From contig JBITNC010000001.1 of the NCBI GenBank assembly GCA_050084985.1, positions 151,218,001 through 151,282,000 on the forward strand: DNA of 64,000 bases, in the 5' to 3' direction. Numbering within the stretch: position 1 is the stretch's first letter; each line of letters opens with the position of its first letter. The notes beneath the pieces are model-generated. The model ran no database searches, had not been told where the DNA came from, and saw only the letters and a list, made by a program, of their open reading frames with translations. The stretch comes from Nageia nagi. Its lineage: Eukaryota > Plantae > Pinophyta. The position numbers and the translations under genes are program-made. Positions 27,911 through 41,900 of the stretch are shown one piece after another.

Positions 27911-30900
27911 TGATCTGAATTGGATCATGTAAGATTGTCTTTCCATGAGAAATATTCATTCTAGAGGTATATGTGCTTAGAGATAGACCGAATACTAAAA
28001 TCTAGAGTTGTTTGGCATTTAGTTTTAAGCCTCTAGTGACATGCAATTTTTTTATTTTAGATCATTAACGAAATGCAACTTGATGAGTCAACAGGGGAAG
28101 TCGAAGGGACATCTACATGTTATGAAGATAAGATGATTCAATGCTTATAGCTAATATTTCTAAGCCATTTTTAGGCTTATTTAAGGGGCATGCTACTCTT
28201 TGATTCCATATGGGAGTTTTGTGAGAGTTAGGAGTTTGGGATTATAAGATTTGAAGGAAGACTAAGAGTCATTCTAGAAGTAATTGTAGTAGATTGTATT
28301 GCCATTGTGTTGATGGTATTTCTCTATATATGTAATATTATAATGTCCATAGACAATGAGAAGAGAAGACTCCAATTCCATGCTGGATTAGCCCACATTG
28401 GGTGAACTAGGGTAAATCATTTTGTTGATCTTGTTGTGTGTTTGAGATTGCTAGTTTGTGATTTACATTATGCAATTTTCAAATTTATATGCAATTTGTA
28501 TGATCTCATAATGGTGAATGTATTTTCATTCAAATCTATAAGTGAGGATTTGAGTATGCTATAAGCATCCGATGATTATAGATCACATGGTATCAGAGCT
28601 TGTGTGCATAAAAATTGGGTTTGAAATTTTGGGTATTTTAAGCTACCAATGATATGCTTTTTGATGTTTGGGATGAGTGTCAAAGACTAGAGTTAATTCT
28701 AGAGGATTCTAATATTGCTCTAAGGGGAATAGTGACTGAAATGAATAATGCAGAGGAGCAACAATCTACTATTCGTACAATAATAAATGTCAATTTTTAA
28801 AGAAGATTTTTAGAAATAGAGAATCATTTGGCTCAGTTGTTAGCTACTAGAGCAAATATAAATGTCAATCAGAGATATCATGATGTAGTTGGAAGACCTG
28901 ATTCATCATCTTCATCAAATCGAGTTCCATTCAAGGTGGAGGTCAAAGTGGACATTCCTACTTTCGGAGGAGAGTTTGATATGAAAAAGGTGAACAATTG
29001 GTTGAAACAATTGGAGGTTTATTTCCAAATTCATGGTATTATAAATAATGTTGATAAAATCTCTTTTGCTACATTAAAGATGAGTGGACATGCTTTAGTT
29101 TGGTGGGAAAGCCATGTAGAAACTCTTAATCATGAACACTTGTTAGAAATATCTTCTTAGAATGAATTTAAGGAGTTGTTAAGAGATTAATTTTATCCAT
29201 TAGGATATCATAACAAACGATTGATGAAATGACAATTCTTTAGACAACAAAGAGGGAAAAATATTCAAGAATACACTATGAAATTTAGGAAACAAGCTAC
29301 TTTGCTTAGGGTTTGACTAAAAAATCCTCAAACTTTAATGAAGTACATTGAAGGTTTACATAGTCATTTGCAAAAGACTATCATGTTGTTTAATCCTACT
29401 AATCTTGATCAAGTGTGTGTGCAAGCACAATACTTAGAGGAGGATGGTAAAGCAAAGAGATAATATGATGAATCCAAAAAGGCTTATAATTCAAGGGGAG
29501 GATAAGAGAAGGGTAAATCTCAAGATAAAGGCAAAGGTAAGTAAGAAACAAACACCACTCATATTTAAAAGAAAGAAGGTGATAGTAAACATTGTATTCA
29601 TTGCGATAAACATGGTCATATTGATGATAAATCTTGAAACTACATCCAAAATTACGTCCATATAGGCATATGAAGAAGGAGAAAACTAATGTTATGGTTC
29701 TTAGATGTGAATACATTAAGGGAAGTTCAAATGTTGATAAGAAATTGAATTATTCAGCCATTCAAAAGGTTGAAGAGTCTCAAAAAATTGAAGAGAAAAG
29801 GATTCAATTATTCCACTTCAAAATCCAAATCAAGAAAACCAAAGTAGATTGTATTGTTGATCCAAGTTCTCAAGCAAATTTGATTTTCAAGACTATGGTG
29901 AGTAATTTGGAATTGGAAACTGCCAACCATCTAAATCCATATCCTTTGGGTTTGGGTGTATCGTAATGCTAGTTTACAAGTCACTATTTGTTTAAAGTAT
30001 ATTGATGAAGTTATGATTGATGTTGTTCCTTTAGACATTTGTGGTGTTATTCTTGCTAACCCTTACATGTGGGATAGATATGGTATCTATTACAGAAGAT
30101 TGAACAAATTACGATTGGTGAAACAATAAAAGCAGGAAAAGACTACCTTTGGTCATTACCAACTAGATAAAACATCTTGTGAATATTTCTAAAAAATTTG
30201 TTCTGATCATGGTGAAAATAGGAGCATTGGTTGAGGTGAATCTCATGTTGTCAATGGCATGCAATACTGACTGTAGGTAGTTAGTGGTGTGTAACAAAGA
30301 GGAATAGATGCAAATTTTGGTTTGGAAGTTTACTAACTTATTTGTAGATCCATAAGGATTACCTCCTATGCAAGATATACAGCATCATATTTAGTTATTA
30401 CCTGATGTTTCATTTCGCAACATAGCTTTGTATTGGCAATCATTTTTGGAACAAGGGAAGATAAGGAGGTAGATTTAGAAGTTGGTTGATTAAGGTGTGA
30501 TCAGACCAAGTACATCTCCATGTGGATCACCTATTATTTTGGTTCCAAAAAGGATCAAACTTGGAGAATGTGCATTAACTATAGAGCATTAAACAAAATC
30601 ACCATCAAAAATTGTTATCCTTTACCTCAGATAGATGATCTTTTGTATCAGTTGCAAGGGGTAAGATTCTTCACAAAATTGGACTTGAAGAGTGGATAAC
30701 ACTAAGTTATAATTAAGGAGGAAGATATTTGGAAGACTGATTTCAAGATAAAACAAGGCCTATTTTAACGGTTTATTTTGCCATTTGGTTTGTGCAATAC
30801 ACTAGCCACTTTTATGAGGGTAATGAATGATGTACTTCATCCATTTATTGATTCTTTTGTTATTGTATACTTGGATGACATTCTTGTTTATAGTTATACT

Positions 30901-33830
30901 TGGGAAGAACATGTGCATCTTAAAAAAGTTTTTCATACTTTGCATAAGGAGAAGTTGTTATTGAAACATTCAAAATGTGATTTTGGAAAAGAGTATTTGG
31001 TGTACTTGGGCCATGTTATTGGTCATGGAAAACTTAAGATAGATCCTAGTAAAGTAAGTGTTATAGTAGATTGGCCAAGGCCATCTAATGTAACTAAAGT
31101 AAGGAGTTTTTTAGGTACTGTCCAATATTTGAGAAAGTTTATTGTTGATTTTTCTCATATTTCTTCACCTTTACATGATGTAACTGAAAAGAGGCAAGTT
31201 TTCCAATGGGAAAAAAAATAACAAACATCTTTTGACACTTTTAAGTAAAAGATTATTAGTGCACTTGTGTTATCACTTCCTAATTTGCAAAAGCCATTTG
31301 AAGAGGATACTGATGCAAGTGACTATGCCATGGGATCCATTTTATTACAAGAAGGTAAATCAATTTGTTATCATTATGAAAAATTTAGTGGGGCTATTTT
31401 GAATTATCCTAGTTATGATAAGGAAATGTATGCATTAGTTCAAGCTATTAAAAAGTGGAAACATTACTTAATGGGAAAGAAAAAATCATTCATCTTGATC
31501 ATCAACCATTAAAGTATTTACAAAATCAATCAAAATTGCAACAAACTAGACATTATAGATGGATGGGTTTTCTGTAATAATTTTATCTAGTGATTAAGTA
31601 TAAGAAAGGAACACAAAATAAATTTGTTGGCATGCTTTCTAGATCACTTGTAACTATAGATTCCATGTCGTTAGCGATGTGTAGTACTAATTTTGGGCTA
31701 TTAATGGCATATAAACAAGGTCCAATGCATTCCCTCTCAGTGCTAAAATTTCTTTCTTTTCTCTTTGAGTCATTTTCAGAGGCATATGTGCATGATATTG
31801 ACTTTGGAGAGGTGTAGGAATAGTTGTCTTCATCTAGGTCCAAGTATAAAGGTTTGGATGAATTTCATTTGTAAAATGGACTTATTTATCATTTTAATGC
31901 ATTATGTGTACTTGTAAGTGAAAGGATTGGACTAATTACAGAAGTGCATACTTCAAATATTGTAGGATATTTTGGGGTTGGAAAGACATTGTACAATTTG
32001 CAAAAGTATGTATATTGGCCAAATATGCAAGATAAAGTTGTCAAGTACATAAGATGGTGTTCTTTGTGTTGCACTAGCAAGCCAAGTAACAAGAAATTAG
32101 GTTTGTATCATCCACTTCTAGTACCTTCACATCCATGGGAGTGTATCTCAATGGATTTTGTGGGAGGATTGCCTATGACTAAGAAAGGACATGACTATTT
32201 ATTTATTTGTTGTGAATAGATTTAGCAAGATGTGTGTTTTGATTCCATGTAAAAAGATTATAACAGGATAAGATGCTACAAATTTATTCTTTTCTCATGT
32301 TTGGGTTTATTTTGAATTGCCTAATTCCATTATTTTAGATAGAGATAGTAGATTTTTGGGCAAGTTTTGGACATGTTTGTGCGAAAAGATGGATACAAGG
32401 TTGAATACGAGTATTGTTTTTCATCCTCAAATGGATGGAGAAATTGAGGTGATGAATAGGGCAGTGGTTCAACTCTTAAGAGGTTATTATGGTAAGCATT
32501 CTAAGTATTGGGATGAACATATTGAATACATCCAACATGCATACAATAGGGCAATTCATTCTTCCATTAATAAGAGTCCTTTCGACATATGTTTTCATTA
32601 TTTACCACCTTCACCTTTTGATTATGTGTTTGTGAAGCAAAAGGATGAAGGAGATTCACTTGAGAAAGAGGAAAAGAAAGCCAAAAATTTGTTGAAAATA
32701 TTAGGCAAATTCATTTGAAAGTCCAAGACCAACTTAAGATAAGCCAAGCTAAGTACAAGATGAGACATGAAAAGCATAGAGTTGACTATAAGTTTCATGT
32801 GGGAGACCATGTTTGGTTGCATCTTAGTAAGGAGAGGTTGCAAGGACTAGCCAATAAACTGAAACCTATAAGGTATGGACCATTTGAGATTGTGGAGCAA
32901 GTGAGAATGCTTTTAGATTGGATCTTCCAGCATATATGAACATCTATTCAGTTATGAATGTTGACCATTTGAAATTATATGAGCCATATATGTTGACTAA
33001 AGATGAAGCATGTTTAGATCATATTTTTTCATCTCTTGATGACTTAGCTTCTAATACTATGGATGAACTCAAGTAGGATTCTATATTACAAAATAAGGTT
33101 AATGTACAAAAAGGAGTGAGATAGAGTTGTTGGTGATTAGGAAAGCATAACAAGTGGGTGGATAGATCCAGAGTGGGTGTATCCTCATTTATGCATTTAT
33201 GAGACCAAATGCTTCTCCATTAGGGAGGTGTGATCCAAATTGGATCATGTCAGGTTATTTGGAGTTTAGTTATATTAGGATGACAAATTGAAATCTAGTT
33301 TGGCATTTCACAGGTGTAATTGTTGATTAGATCAATATGAATAGTGGGTAGTTTGGCCGTGGCTAATTATTAGCTTATGATGGGCACCTAGATCGTAGGG
33401 GAAGTTAAAGAGACATCAACATGTTGGGAAGATGAGATAATTTAGTGCTTGTAGCTAATATTTTCAAGGCATTTCCAATCTTATTTAAGGGGTATGCTAA
33501 TCTTTTATTTCATATGAGAGTTTTGAAAGAGTTAGTAGATTGTATTGACATTGTGTTGATGGTATTTCTCTATACATGTAATACTATAATGTCCATAGAC
33601 AATGAGAAGAGAAGGCTCAAATTCCATGTTGGATTAGCCCACATTGGGTGAACTAGGGTAAATCATTATGTTGATCTTCTTATGTGTTTGAGATTGCTAA
33701 TTTGTGATTTAAATTATGCAATTTTCAATTTTTTTCCATTTTGAATGATCTCATAATGGTGAATGTATTTTTGTTTGAATCTGTAAGTGAAGATACAAGT
33801 ATGCTATAAGCATCTAGTGATTACAAATCA
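27911..33830 (+). mobile_element. Full-length decayed Ty3/gypsy LTR retrotransposon, CRM-like
   Basis: 5' LTR 27911-28585 and 3' LTR 33231-33830, both TG..CA; perfect TSD ATGAA; PBS TGGTATCAGAGC at 28588-28599; PPT TAGGGAGG before 33231; gag-PR-RT-RH-INT domain order. Confidence 0.93.
28741..33100 (+). pseudogene. gag-pol pseudogene of the CRM-like gypsy element
   Basis: Motifs: KVDIPTFGGE (gag), CIHCDKHGH (zinc knuckle), IVDPSSQANLI (protease), PFGLCN and YLDDILVYS (RT), TDASDYAMG (RNase H), ISMDFVGGLP and YGPFEI (integrase). Many stops and frameshifts. Confidence 0.9.
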
Positions 33831-36800
33831 ATGAACACAAGGCATTTTGGACAAGGCATGATGGATGCCTTTCCTAAATTTATTTTAGTAGGTATGTGAG
33901 AATTTGGTACTTACCTTATCCTGATCATGGGAGGAGGCATCTATGGAGGTAGAAGGTATTTCATTCACCATCAATCCTGAGTTGATTTCCATAGTGATGG
34001 GTTTTCCTCTGAAAGGGGAGAAAATTATTAGAGAAAAGCATTCCTTGGCTATAGTCCAACTCTTCAAATGAACCAATGATAATTAACAGAAGATGCAAGG
34101 AGACATAAAGAGGGATTTCCTCCCTCTAAAGTGGAAGGGTACTACAACATTCATTATGTAATATTTAACTTTGGATAACTATGTTTTAATGTTGTGTAGT
34201 TTTCACTTTGCCTTCCTAAATATCTTCAAGTAGGGAAAATAGGTTACCATCCCTCTTTATTTGTTCAACTCTATATGTAAATCCATTGTAGATATGGAGG
34301 AGAAATAGGTGAGTTCAAGCCATCAAGGTTATTATGTTCTCTTTTTAACCATGTAACCATGATACAACCTATTTTGGGTATTAATTATATCGATTTTGAT
34401 GATAGTGGAAAAAATGTGAATGAAGAAAAGAATTTAGTTGAAGGGGAGGATAACGACTTTTCCCTAGATGAGGAAGAGCCTAAAATTTTATATAAAATTA
34501 AGTGTTTGGTCACTTATGGGGTGTTGGCAAGTTGTATTATTGTTTCCTCCAGAGTGATTTGAAAGAAACTAGAAGCAAAAGCATGGGTTAATCTTAGTAA
34601 GATGGAGGACCTTGTTGAGGATTTGAACCCCTCTATGTAGCTTAAAAAGAGGATATCCTTGATCTTTGAGGATACTTCTAGCATGAAGATAATGAGGATA
34701 GTTGGATCCCCTTCATAAGATATGCCTAAAGGGAGAGAGGAATACAAGGAGCTAATACATGCTTGGATTCACTCCACCAAGGTGAATTTATTTTATGCAA
34801 AACAAGTCTATGACGCATGGGTGGATGATCGTAAAGGGAAATTAAAGATTAGAGACTACCTTTTTTGGGAAGCCGTAAGAGGAATATGATAATTTTGAAT
34901 ACCTTGACCTCAAGAAAGGCTAAGGGTAAGTCCATCCCCTAGATTATATTAGACATTATTTCTATTTTTGAATGTTATTTTTTATTTATACTACTTCGAA
35001 GGTTATTTGTGGTGTTCTATTTTTGTGTTAGTTTTATAGTAGCTTTGTAGAGGGTGCTCCTAGAGACCCTCTTAGACCCTAATATTTTAAATCTTTTTGT
35101 GTTGCATGCTTTTAATATGATAAGATTGTAAAGGTTTGGGATCCTTTCAAAACCCTTATTTTTTTATCTTATATATATCAAAAAATTTAATCTTGGCATG
35201 GGGGAATATGAAATTAATGATGTCATCCTTAACATTTCTTTAGTCAAAGATATGGTAAAACTAAAATATTCTTTGATTGTCATTAGTTTAATCTTCCTAT
35301 CAGGTCCTATTGAAAATCAAACCTTTTTTATCTAAGGGGGTCCTGATACAAGAATCATAATGAAAATCAAACAAGAATCCTAATGATAAGACTAAAACAA
35401 AATTTGATGTTATGCCTAATATGATGATAAGGTTGTTGGTTAAATTAGATAAAGGGGTTATTCAGCTAGCTCAAGAAGAGAGTTCAACCAAGAGAGATTC
35501 CACTCAATTTTTATTTCATGGACCAACATTAGATCCAAGAGGAGAGAATTTCACCAGTAATAAATCTGTGTATCCATTTCCTAAGCAACCACCACCCTCA
35601 CCTAGGTCATTTAGGCCTATGTTCCTTCAAAAATGAGAAATAGATCTGAGTTTTGTAATGCCCTTGGAGCTAAACATCCTATTCTAGGAATACTAAGGAA
35701 ATGATGAAGATTTCAAGGCTTATATTACCTTCTAAAGCTACCTTGAGATCTTGGCAAAGAGAATTAGAGGAAGTCATTTGCTAGGAGGAAACTAGGAAGA
35801 AAAGAGATGTCTACATTAAAAGTTGATCTAGACGCAAGTTCTATTGTATGATGGTAATGACAAGATGGAAGCTAGGGCATGGTTATAGAAATTGCAAACA
35901 TACTTAACCCTTAGCCCTATGCTAGAAGAGGATGTTATGTAATTTGCAACCCTATACCTGGAGGTAGTTGCATATGACTAATGGTTCCATGGCCTTATCA
36001 CATAAGGCCATAATTTTTTCCATACCTTTGTAGAGTTCAATTGGAGGATCCTGGATCATTCTGATTAGAAGGATGAGGAAGAATATTTTTGAGATCTAGA
36101 ATATGTGATGTAGAAAAGCATGATGAAGGATTACATTGTAGAGTTTTGACAAATCTCTGTAGTGGTACCTAATGTTTTGAATAAGAAGGTGATATTCCTA
36201 TTCATGGAGGGTTTTCTTGAGCTATTGAGAGGCATGGTGAATGTGTTTGCTTCCACTTTGCTACAAGATGCTATCAAAAGGATGTTGACCTTGGAGCCTT
36301 CTATGATGAGATCCAAACACATCATTCAACCCAAATCTAGCATGTCTTGGCCATTACAAAAGAGTGCCTCTCACTTTGAGAGAAGTTCATCCCATTCCCA
36401 AAGGAATCAATTACCTCCAATAACCAAGAATATGGATAAAGCTACCAAAAATGATTTTAGGTAGAAGAAGTTATGCTTCTCTTGCAATAATCTTTGGGAC
36501 TTAAGTTACCATTTCCTTGGAAAATGGTAGATCCATTATGTTAAGGTGATTTTAGATGATGGGGAATTTTATATGGAGCTAGATCTAGAGGATCTATAGC
36601 ATCCATATCCAATAGATCAATATCTAATGTGATCATATCCAATATGACTAGATCTAGGACATCCACACCTAGGCACGAAGGATCCAAGTGATGACACATT
36701 GGCTATAATTTCGAGTGCATCCAAGTACTTGACCACTAGGGTGCAAGGAAAGATAATTGAAGAGAATGACATTATATTAATTAATAGTGGTAAAATCCAT

Positions 36801-38966
36801 AATTTCATTGATGAGGGTTTCATAACTAAGAAGAACCTCTAATTTAAAGATTTTGTTGGGTTCAAAGTGGCAAATGCGAATATATAAATTCCTCCTTGTG
36901 ATTATATGGTGGTGAAAAATATTAGAATCTAACTTGAAGATCATGTGGTGAGGATGGTTTTTATATTTTTTTAATGGGTGGAACTCCACACATGATGCTA
37001 GGAGTTTAATGGTTATATTCCTTGGGAGAAATTTACTCAAATTATCAAACATTGGAGACGAGATTCAAATCTCAAGGGTGTGAGATGACCTTGAAGGGAA
37101 TGAAGGATCATTTCCCTCAAACATCAAGTAAAATGAAGGTTGTATATAATGAGCAAAATTATATTTTATATCTAGTGAAGGACATGGGGATGATGATCTC
37201 AATATGCAACATGAGATTTCAAATTCTTGTGAGCATGAATATTATCTTGATCAAGGACATAACAAATAGACTTTTTTGAGCTTTTGACATTCAATTTATA
37301 GCCCCAAAAAGGGACATCCAACTTTTGAGATACTTTGAAGGGGTATTGAGTATCAAATATGGTGATATTCAATCTTAGGAAAGGACATCCACCTTCTAGG
37401 GTATCTTTTGTACCATCTAGAAGTCTAGGGTAGCCATAGATCCTATACAAAAAGGTATGACATGAATTCTGATTTTTATATGCAATATGATAATAATTCT
37501 TTATTTTTGGGAAGTTTTTAATTTAATAAGAATGTTGGGAAGAATTAAATAATGGCATTTAGGGATACATTCCTATTGATTATTGAAATTGAACTTTTAG
37601 TGATTTGTAAGGTTACATTTCTAATGGAAATTTGGACTTAGTTTTTTATTAAGGTGATTGCAAATTTCATAACAATTGAAACTACAATATTAATGATGTT
37701 TGGGCTTGTAATCTTAATAATCTTTAAGACTACATTTTATATGAAAATTGAGCAGTTCAAGATAACAAGTTTCACCTTATTTAGGACTACAATCTTAGTA
37801 TTATCTACTGCTAAAATTTTGATGTCTTGGGAAACATTACTAATGTTATATATTATTGCATATACTACATTATGAACTAAATTTTGGGTATGATTTTCGA
37901 CTATACTTTTGAAGATATTTGGGGTAGAATTTCTAATGATACTTAGGATTACACTTTTGATGATGACTGTTGATTCATTTTCTATGTTTTGGACATTATT
38001 TCTAATGATTCTACTACTGCATTTCTAATAATGTGTTGGGTTGTACTTTTCATAATGCATCAAATCATGTTTGGTGACGTATTGGAGATTATAAAGGCTA
38101 CATTTATATTGATTTAGAATGTATTTATTGTAGCATTTAGAGTTATAGGTCTAAGTATGATTAGAGTTGCAATTATGATGTTTGGGATGACATTTAGGGT
38201 TGCAAACATATGGTTTGGGGATACCATAGTGATGTTGATGATGGTATTATTTTTCACATATTTTGGAACTATTGTGTTGGGTGTATCTCATCCTTTGCTA
38301 AAAAACATCTTGATTAGATACATTTTAATACAAGTGAAGAATGAATGCCTTATACTAATCCAAAAGGGTTAAAATTTTCTAATGGTTCCAAGAATACGCA
38401 AAACAAATTTGTAAATAAAAATTTATGAGCTCCATAAGTTTACTATTTTTTGTAGGAATACAACTATATTTTTCAAGTGGATACATTTGGATAAAATGTA
38501 AATGGGTGATTTTAGCCCATGGGTTTTATGCCAATGGTATTATAATACTACTATGTGGTTTTAGGATGGATTTATCCAATAAATCGAGTAGTATGGGATA
38601 CATCAAGAATCCTTTGGATCAATGCATTTACCTTAGGTTGGGAATGGAAGAGCATGATGGAGTATCCTGGAGAGGATCAAGTGTGGACAAAGGTTAGGAA
38701 TGGCACACAATGATAGTGTGTGGTTTATGCTGGTATTGAGATGAAAAATCATACTATGTGTGAGCATCCTATGTGTGGGAGACATGGTATGTGGATCTTA
38801 ATACACATATGGACATTATATGCATGTTGCAGTAGATGCATAAATCCCATGTCCTAGGAATGAGAGTACATATTATATCATGTATCACGGATTGTGGTAT
38901 ACTAGTTGATTCACAGAGTTTGTATGCCTTAGTATATGTATCATGGTTCGCGAGGTATGGTATAGT

Positions 38967-41900
38967 TATTATTAAGCAAGGTATTTTTGTTTTTGTCAAC
39001 ACACTCTATTGGGAATATACTAATGAAATTATTATGTATTTATTATAATGTTGTGATTTGTTGGTTGGTTGCAAGGAAGATATTAAGTGAAATTATTTGA
39101 GAAAATACCAATCATATTTGGAAGGGTGTAACTTTTGATAGAGGAATACAATTGAGTTGATTGTTTATTCATTAGATATCCTTGAAGAAACCTTTCCAAC
39201 AAATATAAATATGCTTACCTTTTATAAATATTTGACCTTAATTCAAGCCATTTTCTTCAGAAGACATTTTGGAGGCTCATTAGCATAGGCAGCGTTTTGG
39301 AGGCTAGATTACTTTTTTCTTGCTTTAAAAGGCCAAAAAAATAAGGGTTTGTTTTGAGGGTGTGAGAGATGGTTAGATCTAAGAAGTGTATGAGTGTGCA
39401 GGGTGTTGAATATTGTAGAGATTGAGATCATCAGTGTGTAGAGTATGAGTTTATTTTGGTGTAGAGTATGAGTTTGTTTGTATGTAGGGTTTAAGAAGAT
39501 TGTAGAGTTTGAATAGAAGCATTCAAATAAAGATTTTCATGAGCTAGACTTTCAGAGTATTTTGATAAGGTTTAATTATCTTCATTATAGATTTATGATT
39601 TTCCAAGTAGTGCTAGTAAATCAGGGGATTGATGTATCCTTCTAGTTGGTGTTGGTAAATTAAGGGATTGGTGTCTCCTTCCAGTTGATGCTGGTAAATC
39701 AGGGGTTGGTTCTCTTTCCAATGGGTGATGTTAAATTGGTTGTAAATTTGATGCTTTGCAAAGGTTGGATTTGGATGGAAGTCCAAGTAGTCATTTTTGA
39801 GGATGTAGCGAAATTGGTGAACCTCATTACATCTTGTGTTATGTGATATTTTATATGTGTTTGTTGTGTATGGTTTCAATTTGGTATTACTTTGATTTTA
39901 AATATTGAGGAATTAATTTACTACACTGATTCACCCCCCCTCTCACTGTCATTGTGCTACTAACAAATGGTAGCAGAGTGAGTTCCCAAGTGAGGCTTAA
40001 TCAGCTAGGGTAGAGCTTGGTTTGTGACATAATAGCTAGAAAGAAGAGATCCTCCTCTAATAAGGCATCTCAATTTGCTCAAGCACAATCAGAAGAATCC
40101 AATGAAAGAGTCATATCCATAGCTACAAAGACTAAAAAAGAACCAAGTGAACTATTTTCAATAGATATGGGAGAGACAAAAGAAGAAAAAGATTATGATG
40201 AAGATCTTGAGGCTGAAGTAGATATAGAATGAGAGTTGATTGCTACACTGGAAGAATCCAGTGTAGAAAGTAATAAAAATAAAATACTATCCAAGAAGTT
40301 GAAAGAATATGGTGATAAAATTGAATATCTATGCTTAGAGCTTGAGGCATCCAAGAAAAAGGAAGAAGCTTTGAGATCACATGTGGATGATAAATCTAAA
40401 GCATGCAATAAACATGAAGAGGAAACCAAAAAGATTGTTAGTGATCTAAAGCTACAAGTAGAAGAGTTCAGAAAGATTGAAGAAACTCTCAAGTTACAAA
40501 TAAATGAGAAAGATGCATCCCATCATAAACTTGAAGAGGAAATTATTTTATTGAGAAAACAACTAGAAGAAGCCAATCAAAAATTGTCCACTAGCCTCAA
40601 GTTTGAGAAGAACATAGAGGTTCTGGATGATATGCTAAAACAACAAAGAGATCCCAAGATCAAGTTTGGTCTTGGATATGATGCAGAGTAACCATCATCC
40701 TCCAAAGCTATAGAAAAGAAAACTTCTAATGCTACAAGAACAAGGTAAAACGAGCATGAATTTGAATCACCAAATTAACCAACAAAAAAGAAACAAGTTG
40801 ATAATAAAAGGGCAAATGGTCGGTTGAAGAAAAGAACACCCGATGATAAAAGGAGAAGCTATCAAAGAAGAACATATGCAGCAAATTAGAATCAACAAAA
40901 GAGGTCTTATCCTTCTCATCCTATCTATGATAATTCATTTTATGACTATTATTTTAAATGCAATCAATTTGGACACAAGGTAGAAAGATGTAGATCAAAT
41001 ATCATGCATGGAAACTTTGTAAATTAAAGCTCATTTACTTCTATGCTAGATGATAATGTTAGATGTTTTAAATGCAGTTGGTTTAGTCATAGAGCATCTA
41101 ATTGTACAATAAACATTAGACCAAAGAGTCTTCTTGGTATAAATTTATATGCCCTTCAAATTGAATGTGATGTACAATACTCTAACTGTAATGTTTATGG
41201 GCATATGGCAAGGTTTTATATAAAGCCTTTTGCATCTAATAGATGGTAGGACAATAGATTCTATCAACTATAGAGAAGGCATTAGAGACAAGGAAGAAAC
41301 TACTATGAACACCAAGGAATGAAGAATGATCAATCTTTAAGAATGAAGAAAAGACAATCTCCAAAGAGAAATGGCTAGAATGTTGAAGGAGATAAAATTG
41401 ATGATAGATCCATACCCAGGCACAAGAAGGTCTGGAGAAGGAAAGATGAAGAGGAAACATGTCTCATTAGCCAACTGAGTAAATCCAAACAAGAGTAGCA
41501 GAAGCTATAAGTGAGCACACTTTCACAACAATGAAAGGGTAAATGGTAGCACATTCTTAGGGGGAGTAGTTTCAAAGAAAATTATAAATATTCTACTACG
41601 TAAGAGTTACCTAAGGATGATGAGTAAGTAGTAAGGGGCAGTAAAAGTTTTCATATAATAGTCTAATATAGTTGTATGGTATTGTTTAATAGAATTTGAG
41701 AGAAATTTTCATTATTGAAGTTGTTACTTTTATGTATTTCACATGGATATCGAAGCTGCTTATGAGCTATTATATATTGATGATGCTGCTACAAGGTTGA
41801 CATATTGTGCAAGGTTTACAACAATTGAAGATATGGGGAATAATTAATCATTATTTTATTTTTTGATCTTATTTGTGATTCTTAATATTATTTTTGCTTC

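Larger units (their letters stand above)
27390..35185 (+). mobile_element. 5'-truncated LINE-like element (RNase H remnant, extra downstream ORF, 3' stem-loop/A-tail), split by a gypsy insertion
   Basis: ATTCATGTGTATGAGAGGGGG (IHVY.EG, the RNase H HxxREGN motif) at ~27716-27737; a decayed ORF at ~33840-34890; a 3' end TGTAAAGGTTTGGGATCCTTTCAAAACCC...ATCAAAAAA at 35127-35185. Confidence 0.55.

Noticed and set aside
37654-38372. Hydrophobic ORFs as an env-like membrane protein
   Set aside because: T-rich composition alone yields I/L/F/M-rich translations, and there is no continuous frame or motif.
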